Assembly (NCBI GenBank): GCA_013115145.1
Contig: JAAPAO010000211.1
Location: forward strand, 1 to 52,425
Origin: Perkinsus chesapeaki ATCC PRA-425
Lineage: Eukaryota > Protista > Perkinsozoa
Reading direction: 5' to 3'
Length of the DNA: 52,425 nt
This document shows positions 14,872 through 28,567 of this stretch, in pieces (positions within the stretch are counted from its first letter, which is position 1; every line of letters starts with the position of its first letter). The notes under the pieces were generated by a model. The model was not told the origin of the DNA. It did no database searches and saw only the letters and a program-made list of their open reading frames with translations. The translations under genes and the position numbers were made by a program.

Positions 14872-17663
14872 ATGCAAGTATCCGCCGTGTCTCGGGACCG
14901 GCCTCTAGGGTGCACGGGCCCCTCCTCGCTGGAGAGGCTGAAGTCGTCGTTTGTCGATTGCGCCCTGGATGACCTTAAGATACCACAGACAATCTCACGG
15001 GTGTGTAATACGGTGCGATTGGAGGGCCGCCATATCCTTGGTGGAGATAGTGAAGATGAAGAACAGAAGGTGTTCGGTGAAGAAGGTCTTTCAAGTAGTG
15101 GGGGTATCTATGGGGTTGACCGTGCATGATACAGAATGGGTCAAAGGTGTCTCCCTTGTACTTTAGGTTGGTCAAGGCCTCGTTTTGAATCTCGAAGAAC
15201 AGCCTCGACAGATGTACCATCTGACTCTGAAGCGTCCACGGGCTGCCCGAGTGTCACTGGAAGAGGTGAAATCATCTGCTTTCGGTAGTGCTTGCAGCTC
15301 GTCTCATCATAACCAGGTTCACGGCAGCAACCGAAGACGCCTCGGCAGCATCGGTTCGATGTTATATTAGATTTGGACCGAACTCTGGTTAATAGCTTCG
15401 AGATTAGGAAAGCAGACCCTTCGGAATCCGAACAAGTGATTCCCATTTTGCAGGAGGTCTACAAGGATGAGTAAGTCACAGGGAGTTGCAAGGATGCTGT
15501 GTTAACTTGACAACGAAATGGTTTGTGATGATAAATTTATAAATATGTACAAGGCAGATACGGCTTCGTGGGGTCTTAAAAGGAAGAGCAATTTTCAAAG
15601 GCGGCATTCAGACAACCATTTTGAGAGCTGTCTTATCCTTAACCCCCTCTTAAACTTTGTAATTCTAGATTCATCGTTTTGGCGCTGTCTTATTGAACCG
15701 GGCGAGAACTCTACAAGTTGCTCTGCGGGATCAGTTGGCTCAGATACGGTCTACCGGAGCTTTACCTTTGCGTAATTAGCGACATTAAAGTGCTAACTAA
15801 GATACGCCCCCACGCCAGGGCTTTCTTGCGAGAGCTGGTAGGCCACAGCCTTGGCTACCACTGCTGGCGGAGCGAGAGTGCATTCAGGTATCAAATACCG
15901 ATAGTAATGTTGTACTTTCAATATATACGAAAGGAACAAGACGTTATATGGAGGAGATAACGAAGATGCTCGACCCGACGGGGGAGCTGATCAAAGTGAG
16001 TGAGTTCGAGGATGGGTGGGTGAGGTCATATTTAGGGACGCTTGGTCTCGAGAGATGATGAGCCGCCGAATATGACGGCAGTGGAGAAGGATCCTGATTT
16101 TGTGAGGGCTGGGGGTGTTGGCGCTGAGTGAGAGGCACGCGGTCAGATAATTGATGCGGTAGAGGCTTCATCGCCGAAAAGCCGCCCGGTGAGCTTGGAG
16201 AGCCTCGGTAGCTCGACGGAGGGCAAGCTACGGAGATGGTTTGCAGTGCTGGATGATAGTCCGGGGGTATGGCCTGAGGAATTCCGGGAAGCAGGGAATA
16301 TAGTGGAGGCGGCTACGTAATAGGGGTGGGATAGAGCGCGGTTAGTGTACGACTGGTGGGGTCTATTGTTTGGTTATATGTTTCCCCTATCCCGTTCTCC
16401 CTCCATTCCCCAGGATTTTTCCCATGCGTTTTGAGCCATCAGTCCGAGCGGATTTCATGTAGCCGGCGATGTGATGTCTTCGGCTTGCGTTGCCCTAGTG
16501 TAATAGATGTTGATTATGGTAGGAAATATTTGTGGATATTGTAGAGTATGTTGTAGTGTATTTCCCGGATATTGTAGAGTATGTTGTAGTGTATTTCCCG
16601 GATATTTGTAGAGTATGTTGTAGTGTATTTCCCGGATATTTGTAGNNNNNNNNNNNNNNNNNNNNNNNNNNNNNNNNNNNNNNNNNNNNNNNNNNNNNNN
16701 NNNNNNNNNNNNNNNNNNNNNNNNNNNNNNNNNNNNNNNNNNNNGTATGTTGTAGTGTATTTCCCGGATATTTGTAGAGTATGTTGTAGTGTATTTCCCG
16801 GATATTTGTAGAGTATGACTCGCTCAGTAAAGCGCTCGCATCGTTCAGCATCGCTCCCAAGTCTATATTTAATGCGTATGTCGTTCGCTTCGTTTAAAGG
16901 GGAAGCTCTCAGAGGTGTATAATATGGATTGGAAGGAAAAGCTCGTTTCCCGTCTCCAAACCCATAGCGATAATTGGCCAGCTATGGTTATATAAGAGGT
17001 TTATAACGGTCCCTGAGGTTTGGAGTATTTCATATCGGGACAGTTTTTCGCGTCGAAAGGATATTTTCCTATAAGGGCTGCTCTATATTGTAAGGTATGA
17101 CTTCGCTGAGCTCAACTACCAGGCTTTACTATCAGCGGTAGCAGCGCAAGAAGGCCTGGCCACTTTAAGAAATATAAAGCTATCTAGATTACCAAAAGAC
17201 ACTGATGATTTCCTGGCATGGGTAGTAGTAGTCGGGAGACTAGCATTAAAGTAGAGTGGCTGGTACTGTGTAGGAAGCCCCTGAGGGTATTTGGAGCGTG
17301 CGTGATGGCCTACATAGGGAGTATGGGTTCTGGCCGTGCTCACGATCATCTGATGCATGCTCAACGGACGACTCTGAGCCCCCGACACCAAGTAGTTGGT
17401 GGGATGATTTGGAGGAAGTGTGGTAGAGGTGTTAGGTCCTATTGGCGTGGCTCCAGTGGTGAAGAAGGGCGTCTCTTTTGGACTTAAAGAGGGTTTTGAG
17501 GATGAGTAGGAAAATTGGAGCATAGTATGGATGCGACGGTGGTTTGGTCAGGTCGAGCGAAGAGGAGATGAAACCGGCAGAGGCTAATAGCAGGAAACGG
17601 AGGCCGAGGAGGAGGAGTGTAGGATGGGGGGACTGGGGCTGGTTGAATAGGAAAAGTGGATAG
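14872..17663 (+). CDS. FCP1/CPL-like HAD phosphatase (NIF domain), multi-exon
   Basis: ILDLDRTLV (DxDxT, 15370-15384), KIRPHARAFLREL, YTKGTRRYMEEITKMLDPTG, RLVSRDD, and VLDDSPGVW. The exons after the N gap and the 3' end are uncertain. Confidence 0.75.
16534..16817. repeat. 33/34-bp tandem minisatellite (GTAGAGTATGTTGTAGTGTATTTCCCGGATATT[T])n spanning an assembly gap
   Basis: Three full units at 16541-16641 and about two more after the gap. Units are head-to-tail with no spacers. Confidence 0.95.
16646..16744. other. Assembly gap (99 N)
   Basis: Run of N inside the minisatellite. Confidence 0.99.
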
Positions 17664-17906
17664 CTGTCCTCTACAGCCTGTAGCGTTAAATAGAGCTTAG
17701 TGACGCATCAAGTACTTTATAGTTGCGGTTAGTTTCGTAGGTGTTGAATTCGGGGCCCATATGGCACACTGGCAAGTGGCTGCTTTGAAGTTTATATCAT
17801 TGTAACCTTTACGTACATTTTGTACAGTACATATCTATCGATGGCGTACCTGATTTCTAGGGTTTGAATAGTATGTTTATTTTAGATTACCACCAGCCAC
17901 AATTTC

Positions 17907-19038
17907 ATGGACGTGGTCGATAGAGATGTTCTAGAGAGGCGGAGTAGAGCTGAAAGAGCAGCGGTAGCGGCTGGACGGAAGAGTGGTCGATGCTACACTA
18001 TTGGAGGCTTCCCTTTGAGGTAGTTGGGATGGCAATATTTTAAGCATTGGTCGTATTAATGTTTGAACGGTGGGAGATGTCGATAATAACTTAGTTGTAT
18101 AGGGCGTGTCTGCACCGTAGCAGATATACTCGACGTCTAATAGATTTATAGGCGGGTATTATCCTCAGTATTATGCAGACAGTTGAATAGACGGTGAATT
18201 TTTGACAAGTAAAAGTGTATGCCCTTCATCACTCCGATGTTACTGAGCATCTGAGCTCCAAACTAGTGCTCATTGAGCTCACTTGACTTTTTCATATAAT
18301 TCTTTGTATTGAATTTACAACGTGTATAAAGCTTACATAAATTAGTATTTATTAGTTATTGTTTATACCAGCAGAGACCATTTCACGTCATATATTCACC
18401 AGTTGATAAGTACATATTATAACTATACTGCAACGGTGTTACAGTGTTAAGGCTGTTGGCACTCTGTCTTGTCAGATTCATACTATTTGTTGTGGCTTCC
18501 ATCTTGATCATTGCGCACGAGTTCCTCTATCCTCCCCAGCTCGCCAGCCGCCCAATCACTGTGTCGTCGTCGACGGTCACGGCCGCAGCCCCTCTGGTAG
18601 AAGGCCCCACTACAGGACCAGTGGTAGCGGCAGAGTACCCGTCCTCCGAGACTACCGAAGCGGCGCCTATCGAGATGACCTACAGTGCAGAGTCAACGGC
18701 GGCGGCTGCATCTCACCTTCGACAGGGCAGCTTGACAGCTAGGCCGGCCGAGGACATCCCCTACTATATGGTCTAGCTGGCCATCACCTTTGTACGTAAT
18801 AAATTTCTAAGCCATGCTACTAACTAGCATAATCTTCCCTTAATTGCTACCATCCTATAAAACAAACCTTTGCTATGTTATTACATTGTTTCTTTCTGTA
18901 AACTTGCTTCGTATTGAGGCGATGTCCTACCACGACTCGACACGGCACCTCGTCTGTGAGCAGATAGTATTTGTAGAATCGATTGTGTCTTCGGGGCCGC
19001 TGGCCGCCGTTTTTCCACCGGGTGGTCGCCGTGTCTAA
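17907..19038 (+). CDS. Hypothetical type II membrane protein
   Basis: Exon 17907-18019 (MDVVDRD...GFPL) splices in frame across intron 18020-18475 to RFILFVVASILIIAHEFL (TM), followed by a Ser/Thr/Ala-rich stalk. The 3' end is uncertain (stop at 18776 if unspliced). Confidence 0.45.
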
Positions 19039-19282
19039 AATATTGTAAAGAAGGTCTGAGTAGTTATGCCCAGCCTGACTTCGCGGGGCTATCGGAAGCA
19101 CCAGTAGCGACTTTCTCAAGAAAGGTTCGTGAGTAGTGCTTGAAGAAATGCTCTAATGTCGCGGGAGAGGGTGTTGCGTTGAGTGCGAAGGAGGAATTGA
19201 ACCTGGGTTGTTTCATAGAAGGTGTGGTGCGCTGACGACTAAACTAAATTGGAGTTGGAAAAGTCTTACGGGTAGTTTTTTA

Positions 19283-22200
19283 ATGCCTTCAGAGAGTGTT
19301 GATGGCGATATCAATACCTCAACCGAACACGTGCCTTCAATAGATAATAATGTAGAATGTCACAAAGCGCAGCAAAATAGTGACGGAGCGGAGCGGACCA
19401 AGGAAGCTGAGAAAAGACTGAAGGGTAATAGGAATCTCAGGGAAGATATTTCCGAACTCGCTTGCTTAGCCAGTGCGACGCTAGAGGATCGCATAACCTT
19501 GCTGGCAGCTCTGGTGGGCGAGAGGGAGGCTGCGGCCGCTGTGCCTGCTGGCGGCAACGGGGTGAGATGTAATTTAATGGCGCGCGGGAATTGGTTGTAT
19601 GAGTAGGGTAGGCTGAGAGCTGAGTCCAGTATTCCTGGGGCGCCGGTGAGACTTTGTCATCTTCTAAGGGAGCTGGAAGAGATAGTGCTCTTTGCAGGAG
19701 GAGATGAACTTGTAATAGGTTTTAGCGGAGCGAAGCGGTAATTGTTTTCCGTTTTTAGACAGAGGCGTCATCTCTGGTGCAGTTACGTAAGTTGTGCCTG
19801 CATGTATTGACGTCGGCTATTGGGGAGGGAGCAATGAGACGGAGCTATATTGTTGATACTCTAGCTGTAGCAGTGTTGAAGGCATCGTAAGGTTCATTGG
19901 GAGCCGGGGGGGGATATAGGAAAACCGAATGGCCCCAGGAGGAATGCTTCTGAGGTTACCTTTTTTATCTAGGATTGTATTTTTAATTTTTTTCATTACG
20001 AACTGACAAAAAATGATTATTCGATTCGTCGTACTGAAGGAATGATTGAAAAATGTAAGAGGGCAAATTATTCTCGCAACTTGGATTCTTTTAGCACTTC
20101 TCTGTGAGGCTAGATGACTATCTGTATGGCAAGTATATTTCCTACCACTAGCGAGATGACTGTCTTGCACCCGTTGAGGGTATCGAGGCTGGATAGCGTA
20201 GAGATGTCTCATTCGTGTTCGAAAGCCTTTGGGTATTCACTGGGAACCAACGGTATATGAAGATTGCACTACAGCAAGGATAATGTTCAGGTTTTGTAAG
20301 CGCGAAGCGAGTTCAGCTTTGGAGCTTGAGTTGGCCTGTACTACTCTATTGGAGTGTGCTGGTGCTGTCTACACCGAGGAGGAGGGGCCGGTGGGCGTTC
20401 TTAGGAGAATGTCCGCGCTGAAGGCGGCAGTGGACCTAACTGAAGGTGGCGGAGTCGGTGGTGGGGTATGTGGGAATGGCTTTGTATTCAGTTGGTCTGC
20501 CGATGACCAGGGCTATTCGAAGGGACTTTGTCGATGTGGTTCGTCGCCAGCTGTCGCGGTTCAGTCGCCAGTCCGTGTGGGTTCATGTAGAGTGCCGCAA
20601 GAACGCCTGTGTCCAGCTGGAGCGGCTGCTACGTAGGGTCCGGTTTTCGAGAATGTCAGAGATTTTGTGGAGTGCAGGTGGCGGGTTCTTGAATGATGAC
20701 ACTGAGGCTGTAGAGGATGGCAGGCATTGCGTGGTGAACCAGTTGGCAGAAAAGGAAATGAGCGTTCAGGTAGTGATGAGGCTGAGTGGGAAGTATTGAG
20801 GTAGCCCGTACATGTTGCTAGTAACATATAGAGCCACTAGGCAATATGCCTTAGGCGAATATGAGTTACCTGGTAATGAGCGAAGGTCAGGCCGGAGAAG
20901 GCATTTTCCGCCCTTATGCCACGTTCCGTGTTCCACGGGAGGACTGATGAAAATCTCTATCTTAACCGGGGGCTCGGGACGTGACCGCCCCTGGCACTCC
21001 TAGAGATCCTTTTCACGAATTGTTTGTGACTTTTTCAGGGTTAGTTGATAACGCATCGCAACACTGTTATTTTGCCCGTAGTTTTGCCCATCAGTGAAAT
21101 CGCTTTAAATTCAAACTTGTCCAACTGGTATGGGATGGTACCAAATCTCACTACTTCCCGTTTGCGTCTCGTATAAACATGAGCGTATCAGGTTCGAGCA
21201 GTTCTGTTCCGCTGCCTCGGTCGCTTTCCTACTCCCCTCTCGGACGCCATGCGTTCGATGTGCCTAAGTACTTTGGCGAAGGCTCCTACATCTGTGGCCG
21301 ACCTGGAGTCCAGCATGGCCTGCGGTGAGGTCCTATGTCGGAGGGTAGCGGACTTGGCTGTCTTTAAGAAGAAGCTTAAAGGCAAAGGCGCTAATAATGC
21401 TGCTGTGATGATCGCCATGGCTCGCTGTGGGGCAGCGGAGGATGGCCGGCTCAGCCCGCTGGAGGCGCTAAAGGGCGTCTTGGAGATCCCGGGGGACACT
21501 GGTTTGGCGGGGGTAGTTGAAGGCCCTGAAGGTGACGGCCGGGTCTTCGTCAAGTGCTGCTGCGCGTTGGTTTGGCGAGCATGCGAGCTTGGACAGGCTC
21601 AGGCAATTGTTGGGTTTCTGATGGAGAGTCTGGGAGAGACGGTAGTTAGTCGTGCTCTTGCGCAGCGAAGTAGCTATGAATTTCAGGGCGCAGTGACGGT
21701 TGCGACTTCCTTCCAGAAGGCGGTTTTTCTCCGGTTGGTCGAGGCGTGTATGACGGCCACTCAAGGATGCATCGGAGGCTACCAAGATGAAGGGTGGGGC
21801 GACCTCATCGACGTATTGATGGAATGCATCACCAAGGAGGAGACAGCGATTTGTGCAACGGCCGCCAGCAAGGCTCTAGTGGCTGTAGGGGAACGTCTCA
21901 TCTCTCTGGCTCACCGTACGGCAGGTCCTTCACGAAGCTCGGTGTGACCCTTGCTTTACAAAGAGGGAATTCGAGAGGCTGAAGTCTGATGCTCCTCGGG
22001 GAGATAGTCCGGCGTTGGACTCCGCCTGGAGGAAGCGATTCAGGTAGCCAAGTGTGGCTGGTAGGGTATGTACGCATGTGCTGCGTGCCTTAGTGTATGC
22101 CAACTGCTGGGGATGCTAGTGCCGGTATCGGAGGGTATTGAGATGGTGGAAAGTATGCTGGGAACAGCAATGGAGTGGCTGCTGGATGACGGTGGTGACG

Positions 22201-25200
22201 AAGGTTTGGTGACATCTCTGCTGCCGAGGGCTGCCTGCTCATTAGTTCTCATAGAAGGTGAGTTTGCTGGTATAAAATAGCCCTAGCGTGAGTACCTCGA
22301 TACGGATGTGTGGGAACATATAACCCAATGGAGCAGGATTAGAGAAGTGATATAATAGAAGTGTGTTTGATGACTCCTTAACAAGACGGTAAATCGATCT
22401 CCTGAAGCTCCGCCTAGACATTTGAGATTGGTGTAACGCTAGCAGACTTCGTAGCTTGGGCTTTCTGTTGGTCGTGTATCGGGATCGGTGTCGTAATGGG
22501 AATTCTCTGACAAATCTACAGTAAGAAGCTCTGAGGGACGGACACTATAGATTCGTAAAATATTGCACAACGAAGTCAACTCTTACGCCTTCCTCAATTG
22601 GGCAATAGGATCAACCAAGCCAACGATAGGAGCAAACTCACGGAAACCTCACTATGTGTTTTCAGGCTGCCTCCATGCTGGCTCTGAGGAGCATGGAAGA
22701 TGGCTTCTGCGGCCAAGGCTGGAGCGCTTGACAAGCCTGCTGGACAGCCTCCTAGGGACGTCTGCAATGGACAGCTTTCAGGAGTGGATTATCACATCGG
22801 TAGCGGTGGCCAGCATGGATGAGGTACGCGTAATTGGGTACGACTTGGTTGCACTGCTCTGTTTCAGGTAAAGGTAGCTAAGGCTTGCCTGGACATGAAC
22901 GACCGTCTGGTGGTGCTGCTGCTAGGGCAAAGGCTGGTTGGTCGGGTGTTGAGACTGTCAGGGTCGGAGATGGCTGACGGCACCGAGGGGGTTGGGCGGA
23001 AGCTTCTGAGCCTGGTGGAGGGCACTATGGATTTGCTGAAGTTCCTGCCGAGTCCTTTGGGGCCGGTGGGCGACTCTCAACCGAAACTGATGAGGAGCCT
23101 GGCTGATCGGGGCTTACCGGACAGATTGAAGCTGTTACTTCCAGAGGGAGGGGACACGACGGGACTGCGGCTTTTGGCTGAGTTGAAGTGTACGTGCTGC
23201 GACAGCTTGAGGTGGGCAACAGAGGAGGGGAAGCTCTCGGGAGGGCCGGGGACACTGATCGGTGGGCTGATGGATGACATAAATGGTCGAGTGGTGCCGA
23301 CCCACGGCGGCACGGTACTGCTGGCCGACCTGGACGACCCACCTGAGGTGCCCCCTAGTGACTGCATTGACAGTGGGGCGGTGATGACCATGATGGATCG
23401 AGGTCGAAGTGAGGAGGCTCAGTGGGCCCGAAGGCTGCTCAGGTCAATAGCGGACACGCTGGCGGCTAGTCTGGCCGTGGCCGACGACAAGGAGGAGGCG
23501 GTCGAGTCGATTGTTCGGTCGGTGTTGGATGGTCTTCCCATAGTAGATATGTCCGAAGTCCATTCGGGTGCTCAAGTTGTGATACCCAACGACCTGAGAG
23601 CCTGTGTGCATTTGCGAACGCTGACCAAGTTGGTTGAGGCGCTGCATGGAAAGGAAAACAGCGAAGCTTGTTTGGAGAAGATGATGGCCCTGGTTGAAGT
23701 GGCTCTGCCGAGGCCTCTGGATAGCGCTCGCCTGGCTGCCGTTATCAGACTGCTGGCGGCGCTGGCGCCTGCCTTGCCGACCCGAACAACGGAACTGCTC
23801 TACGGTGTGTTCGATGGTGTCGATAGCCCTGAGGAAGCGCTGGTGAACGGCTGCTTGGCGGTCGATGCCCTAGCGGATGTGGCAGCGGTGGACGTCTGGG
23901 AGGCATTCGCTCGGTCGAGGTCTCACCTGGCCTACACCACTCAGCCTCGGTTGCACTACGCGGTGCTGTCGGCACTTCGCCAGGGAGGGACCAGAGCGTT
24001 AAGTCTGGCCGTGGCCCATATGGTGGAGGAATCGTGGGACTCTCGAGTGGCCTGGGAGCAGCTTAGCAGGGTCGTGGCGGCCTGCAGTGACCGCGCGCCC
24101 AACGAGCTGTCGTTGACACTACTGAGGAGCCTGGAGTTGGCCGCTGGGGAGGGGTCCTCGGAGGCGGTCTCGGTGAACCTTTTGAAGTACTGTAGGACGT
24201 GCATAGAGTCTAATCCAGAGCTGGTCCAGCGGCTATGTCGGGAGTCGATTAACTCGCAGTACTATGCTGTCAGACGGGAGACGGTGGCGAGCTTGAACGG
24301 AATGGCGGAAAAATGCATTCCTGTGGGGGCTGTTGAGTGGGGCCCGACGCTGGTGAGGATGTATAACGGCAGCGGTTGCGATGGCGAGGGGGAGCTGTGC
24401 GAGGGGATCGATGAGCTGGTGAGGAGCATGGCCAGCGTACAGCCGAGAGTGAGCATGGATGAGGCTGTGAAGATCCTGGGTGGTCTGGCGATGGTGAGTG
24501 GGTTGACGGAATGCCGTTGGATAGCGCAACTTTCCTCAGTGTCCGTCGGTGGCCTCGACTGACGCCACAGTGACCGATCGGGAGCCACACTACAGGTCTC
24601 GGTCCATGGAGGAGATGCGTGGTCGTGCCATGGAGGATGCTTCGAGCCCGGTGACAGATGGCAGTATGAAGGGACATTTATTGGCTGGTGCATCCCTTCG
24701 CATGTTGTAGGGAGAGTGCCCGTGGGTGGTCCGGACATGGTCCTGTCACCGAGGGCCAGAGCGCTGGCGGTGAGGTTGCTAATGGTCGTTGTGGAGACAT
24801 CGGAAACTGTTCCGTCGGACACCAACACCCCGGAGACACTGCTGCGGTTCGCTCTAACTCTGGCAACGACATGTAACTGGTTTGCGTCGCTCCGCCTTTT
24901 TATCATTTATTTTCAGCTGGCGAAGCGACTGTTGGCAGCAGTGTGGGATGGAACTGCCTGTATCTTGAAGCTATGAAGCTCCTCGAAATGGTAGCTCGTG
25001 GAGGTGGTGGTGGCCAATGGCATTACCTTACTAGGTGTTGGCCAAGTACAGTGGCATCAAGGAGACGGTCGATGGGGTCCAGTGCGGCGGTACGCCACGG
25101 CTGAGAGCCTTCGAGGCTCTAGTGGTCCCGGTGGTCAGGGAGGCCCTTCAGGCTTCTTACAATATAAAGGTGACTGTCTGTTAAAGCAACTCCGTTGTTC

Positions 25201-26340
25201 AATCTACCTCACAGGAGATCGCCTGCAACTGTATTGCGCTCTGCACGACTCGAGGGCTTGTTTCATCGCGGCGAAGTCTGATGGTTGCCCTGGCCAAGGC
25301 GTTGGGTAGCGTTAAGGTAGCGTCGGCATCGGGATCGAGCTGTAATCTACTGACAGGTTGATAAAGATGACAGGCTAGTTTTCGATGGTCGTCGGGGCAG
25401 CGAGACTGAGGCATCTGCGGCCTACTTTAAATGTGTGGTGACACTGGCTGACTGCCTGGCCGAGGACACCGCAGTAGTGGATGAGATCACATCTGCTTTG
25501 GCTCCTCATGTCGATAGACTTCTCCACGATTGCTCGATTGCCATAAGAGAGGCGTCTGGTTGCTTTACGCCGAGAACGTTTCGGTCGGCAGATTATAAGA
25601 TTCTCGAGAGCTCGGTTCGCGGGCCTCTGGCGAATGCCGCCGTAGTTCTCGCTTGGCTCACTGGTGCTGTTGAGGGCGCAACTGGGGAACTCTGTGAAAC
25701 GATTCTAAGTGGTTTATTAGCCAATAGCTTTCCAAGGCTGAGTGGGATAATACTGTCCAGTGTCGTACCGGCCTTCATAGAAAAGGGGGTGCATGAGTTC
25801 GAAGGGGCTGTGGAAGACTGGGCGACGGCAGTTGGGTACGGTCACATGAGCCACGGCCAGCTCGAGGCGCTGACACAGTTTTATGATAAGTTCGGTGGGC
25901 CTGGGAGAATCGGCTGCGCCACAGAGTGTTTGCGGCGAAGCCTTATGATGGAGGCCTCGATTCGAGCACTGTTGGCAGCTGGAGAGGTCGAAGCTGTTGT
26001 GGAGTCTCCTTTCCCAGTGGACACAGTTCTAGTAGACAGATCAACCACGATGACCGAGTGGCAACCTGAGGACTTGCCGTCGGTGGTTGTGACGAGTGTA
26101 GCTGATAGGTGCATGCAGAAGATCCTCACCGATCGAAGCCTTTCCAAGTCGGACGTAGAGGCGCTGCTGGCCTTGCTGGAAAAATGTCCTGTGTCGACTT
26201 TGCGTGACGACGGCGAGCTCCAGGCTAAGCTCCAGGCTGTTCTTGAGGCTGTCGGTGAGGCCCCCTTCAACCTGGAGCCTCCGTCGGGTCTGTGTATCCT
26301 CAGCGGCCTCACAAACGATGGCGGTGACCCTTCGGATTAA
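19283..26340 (+). CDS. Very large Leu/Ala-rich helical-repeat (HEAT/ARM-like) hypothetical protein; may be two genes
   Basis: Chain of same-strand long exons: 21249-21947, 22895-24562 (555 aa), 25435-26340 and smaller ones with GT-AG flanks. Composition is amphipathic-helical, with no catalytic motif recognised. Confidence 0.55.
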
Positions 26341-26404
26341 TTCATGCGTTTTTAAAGTGAAGCGAAGACTTTGATAATAAACGTCTTTGACACATTTGAT
26401 GACC

Positions 26405-26458
26405 CCTTGTTTCCCTCTGCGTTTGTCTTGTTTGGTTTCCCTCGATTCCTCGGCAGCT
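26405..26458 (+). promoter_or_regulatory. Polypyrimidine tract + CAG upstream of the RPN8 start: candidate spliced-leader trans-splice acceptor
   Basis: CCCTTGTTTCCCTCTGCGTTTGTCTTGTTTGGTTTCCCTCGATTCCTCGGCAG lies ~27 nt before the ATG at 26486, with no obvious upstream 5'-UTR exon in the 145-nt intergenic gap. Confidence 0.5.
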
Positions 26459-26485
26459 TGTTGAACTTCGTGTACCCCTTTTTAC

Positions 26486-28567
26486 ATGTCGGACAAGAAA
26501 GCACCGGAAGTGGACGTCAGCCAGATGACCCTCACTAAAGGCTCCGATGATCGGATCAACACAACGGTTGTTGTCCATCCAATCGTACGCATTCCCGCTG
26601 CTATTTTTTGAAAGCTCCCATGCAGGTGTTGCTATCCATCGTTGACCATTATAACAGAGCCGCCAAGGGAACTGCTCGCCGAGTCGTGGGCACGCTTCTT
26701 GGCCAGATGCTGGTGGGTTTCTGCGACGGCGCTGTGTGTTCGAAGAGCTTTGTTGTAGGACGGCAAACTGCATGTTACCAACAGCTTTGCTTTGCCCTTC
26801 GAGGAGGACCTCAGAGACCCCCAGGTCTGGTTTGTCGATCATAACTATCACGAGAAGATGTACGCCATGTTTAAGAAGGTACGGTGGCGTCCCCGGGGAT
26901 CTGCTCATTTTCTTCTCGCATCGTTCGGCGGCGCTACGGTGAAAATTTTTCCCTCCTGATAGACAGCCCGACGCTCTATCTGCACTGCGCCAACATGTGG
27001 CTTTGGTATCGTATAGCGCTTATGATGAACAGTTCCGTGGAGGAATTTCACAGTCAGCATCTGTTTGTGATTTCGTCCCTGTCAGCGCCTTACTGCTAGT
27101 ACATCGCACAGCACACTAATAGGTGAAGGATGCTCATTCATGTTAGGTGTCGCAGAAGGAGGTCGTCGTTGGATGGTACTCCAGCGGCCCGAGGATCAAA
27201 CCAAGTGATTTGGAGATCAACGAGATATTCCGACGGTGAGTCCACGTTAGCATTTCACAACCCCTGGCTGCATTGACCTCTTACGCCTCACCAAAGACGG
27301 TCGTATCGTATTTTCTTACTGATAAAGAGGGAGTCATCTTTTCCCCTCCTACTCGTAGCATCGACAGTTTCACGGGAAATGGTGCGTGAAGCAGAACAAG
27401 TCTTGGATGGTCATTTCTCCTTACCGACAAGAAGCGTACTTGTTCGTTGTGCTGGTATAGGATACGTTCCCCTGCATCGTGTATCCTTCAGCTCGTTTAG
27501 ACTAGCATCACTAATATAGCTAATTTACTACCGGAGGAATTGCTCGAGGCCGTTGGTCGAATTCCCAGTGTTTATCTGTCTCTTATGATACTTTTTATAG
27601 TTCAAATGTAGGTACTGTCCCGAGCCTGTATTCCTAATAATGGACGTCACTGGCGGCAACACTGTCAAGAAGGGCGATCTCGATCCGAGGGACTTCCCCA
27701 TGCAGGCCTATTACTCTGCCGAGGAGGTGGGTGCTTAGTCCCAATCGGCTATGGAGATCTCCGCTCTTCAGGCCTCGGCGGATCCTTTAACTCGCAGAAC
27801 ATTTGTTCACTTGCCTTCGATGGTTGGAGCTTTCGAGGCTGAGGAAGTTGGTGTTGAGCACTTGCTCCGCGATATTAGGTAAGACCATGCAGCGCGTCAA
27901 GTGACGAATCGCCGGATGCTTCAGGAACCAGAGCACCAGCACATTAGCCACTCGCGTGGACTCCAAGCTGAACGCTCTGAAGTAAGCCAGAAAAATCATT
28001 GCCCTCTGTGCCCAGCATCGATGCTCTCGCCGATCTTTCTTTAGCGGCGCTGTATTTCCTGTCCTCCTTTAGGACTTTGGTGGCCAAGATCAACGAGATT
28101 GCTCAGTACCTCGGCCAGGTCATCGATGGCAAGCTGCCCCCGAATCCTCAGATCATCTACAACCTCCAGGTTTGCCACTTCCCTGACCAGCATCATCACT
28201 TCCGCTTCTTTTTCAGAATATATTCAACTACTTGCCCGGAGATAACCAGGAGGATATCGAGCTGATGCGCTCCTTCAATGTGGAGACCAACGACAGCATG
28301 CTGTGCATCTACATCGGTACGCCCCTGTTTGCTCGTGAAGTGTCTCATCGCCAACTCAGGTTCGATCTTGCGCGCCACGGTCGCCCTTCACAACCTCATC
28401 AACAACAAGATCGCTAACAAGGCTCGTGAGGCGGAGGCTGAGGCTAGAGCAGAGGCGAAGGCCGGAAAGATATCGGCAGCCAAGGGCAAGCAACCTCATG
28501 TTGGAAGTATGTATGGAGACGACTTGCGTTTGTAGATAGCAAGAAGGCGACTACACCGGCAGCGTAG
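26486..28567 (+). CDS. RPN8: 26S proteasome lid subunit RPN8/PSMD7 (MPN domain)
   Basis: VVVHPI|[86 protein letters not shown], and MLCIYI|[17 protein letters not shown]. Confidence 0.96.

Noticed and set aside
16534-16817. CRISPR array (33-34 bp repeats)
   Set aside because: Units are contiguous with no unique spacers, there are no cas genes, and the context is eukaryotic.
23025-24906. Overlapping antisense ORFs opposite the large helical-repeat exon
   Set aside because: Pro/Ser/Arg-rich shadow frames typical of GC-rich coding DNA.
19283-26340. ECM29 or other proteasome-associated HEAT protein, suggested by adjacency to RPN8
   Set aside because: No sequence motif supports it, and adjacency alone is not evidence.
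27020-27100. C/D box snoRNA in an RPN8 intron (ATGATGA)
   Set aside because: No downstream CTGA D box or terminal stem at a suitable distance.
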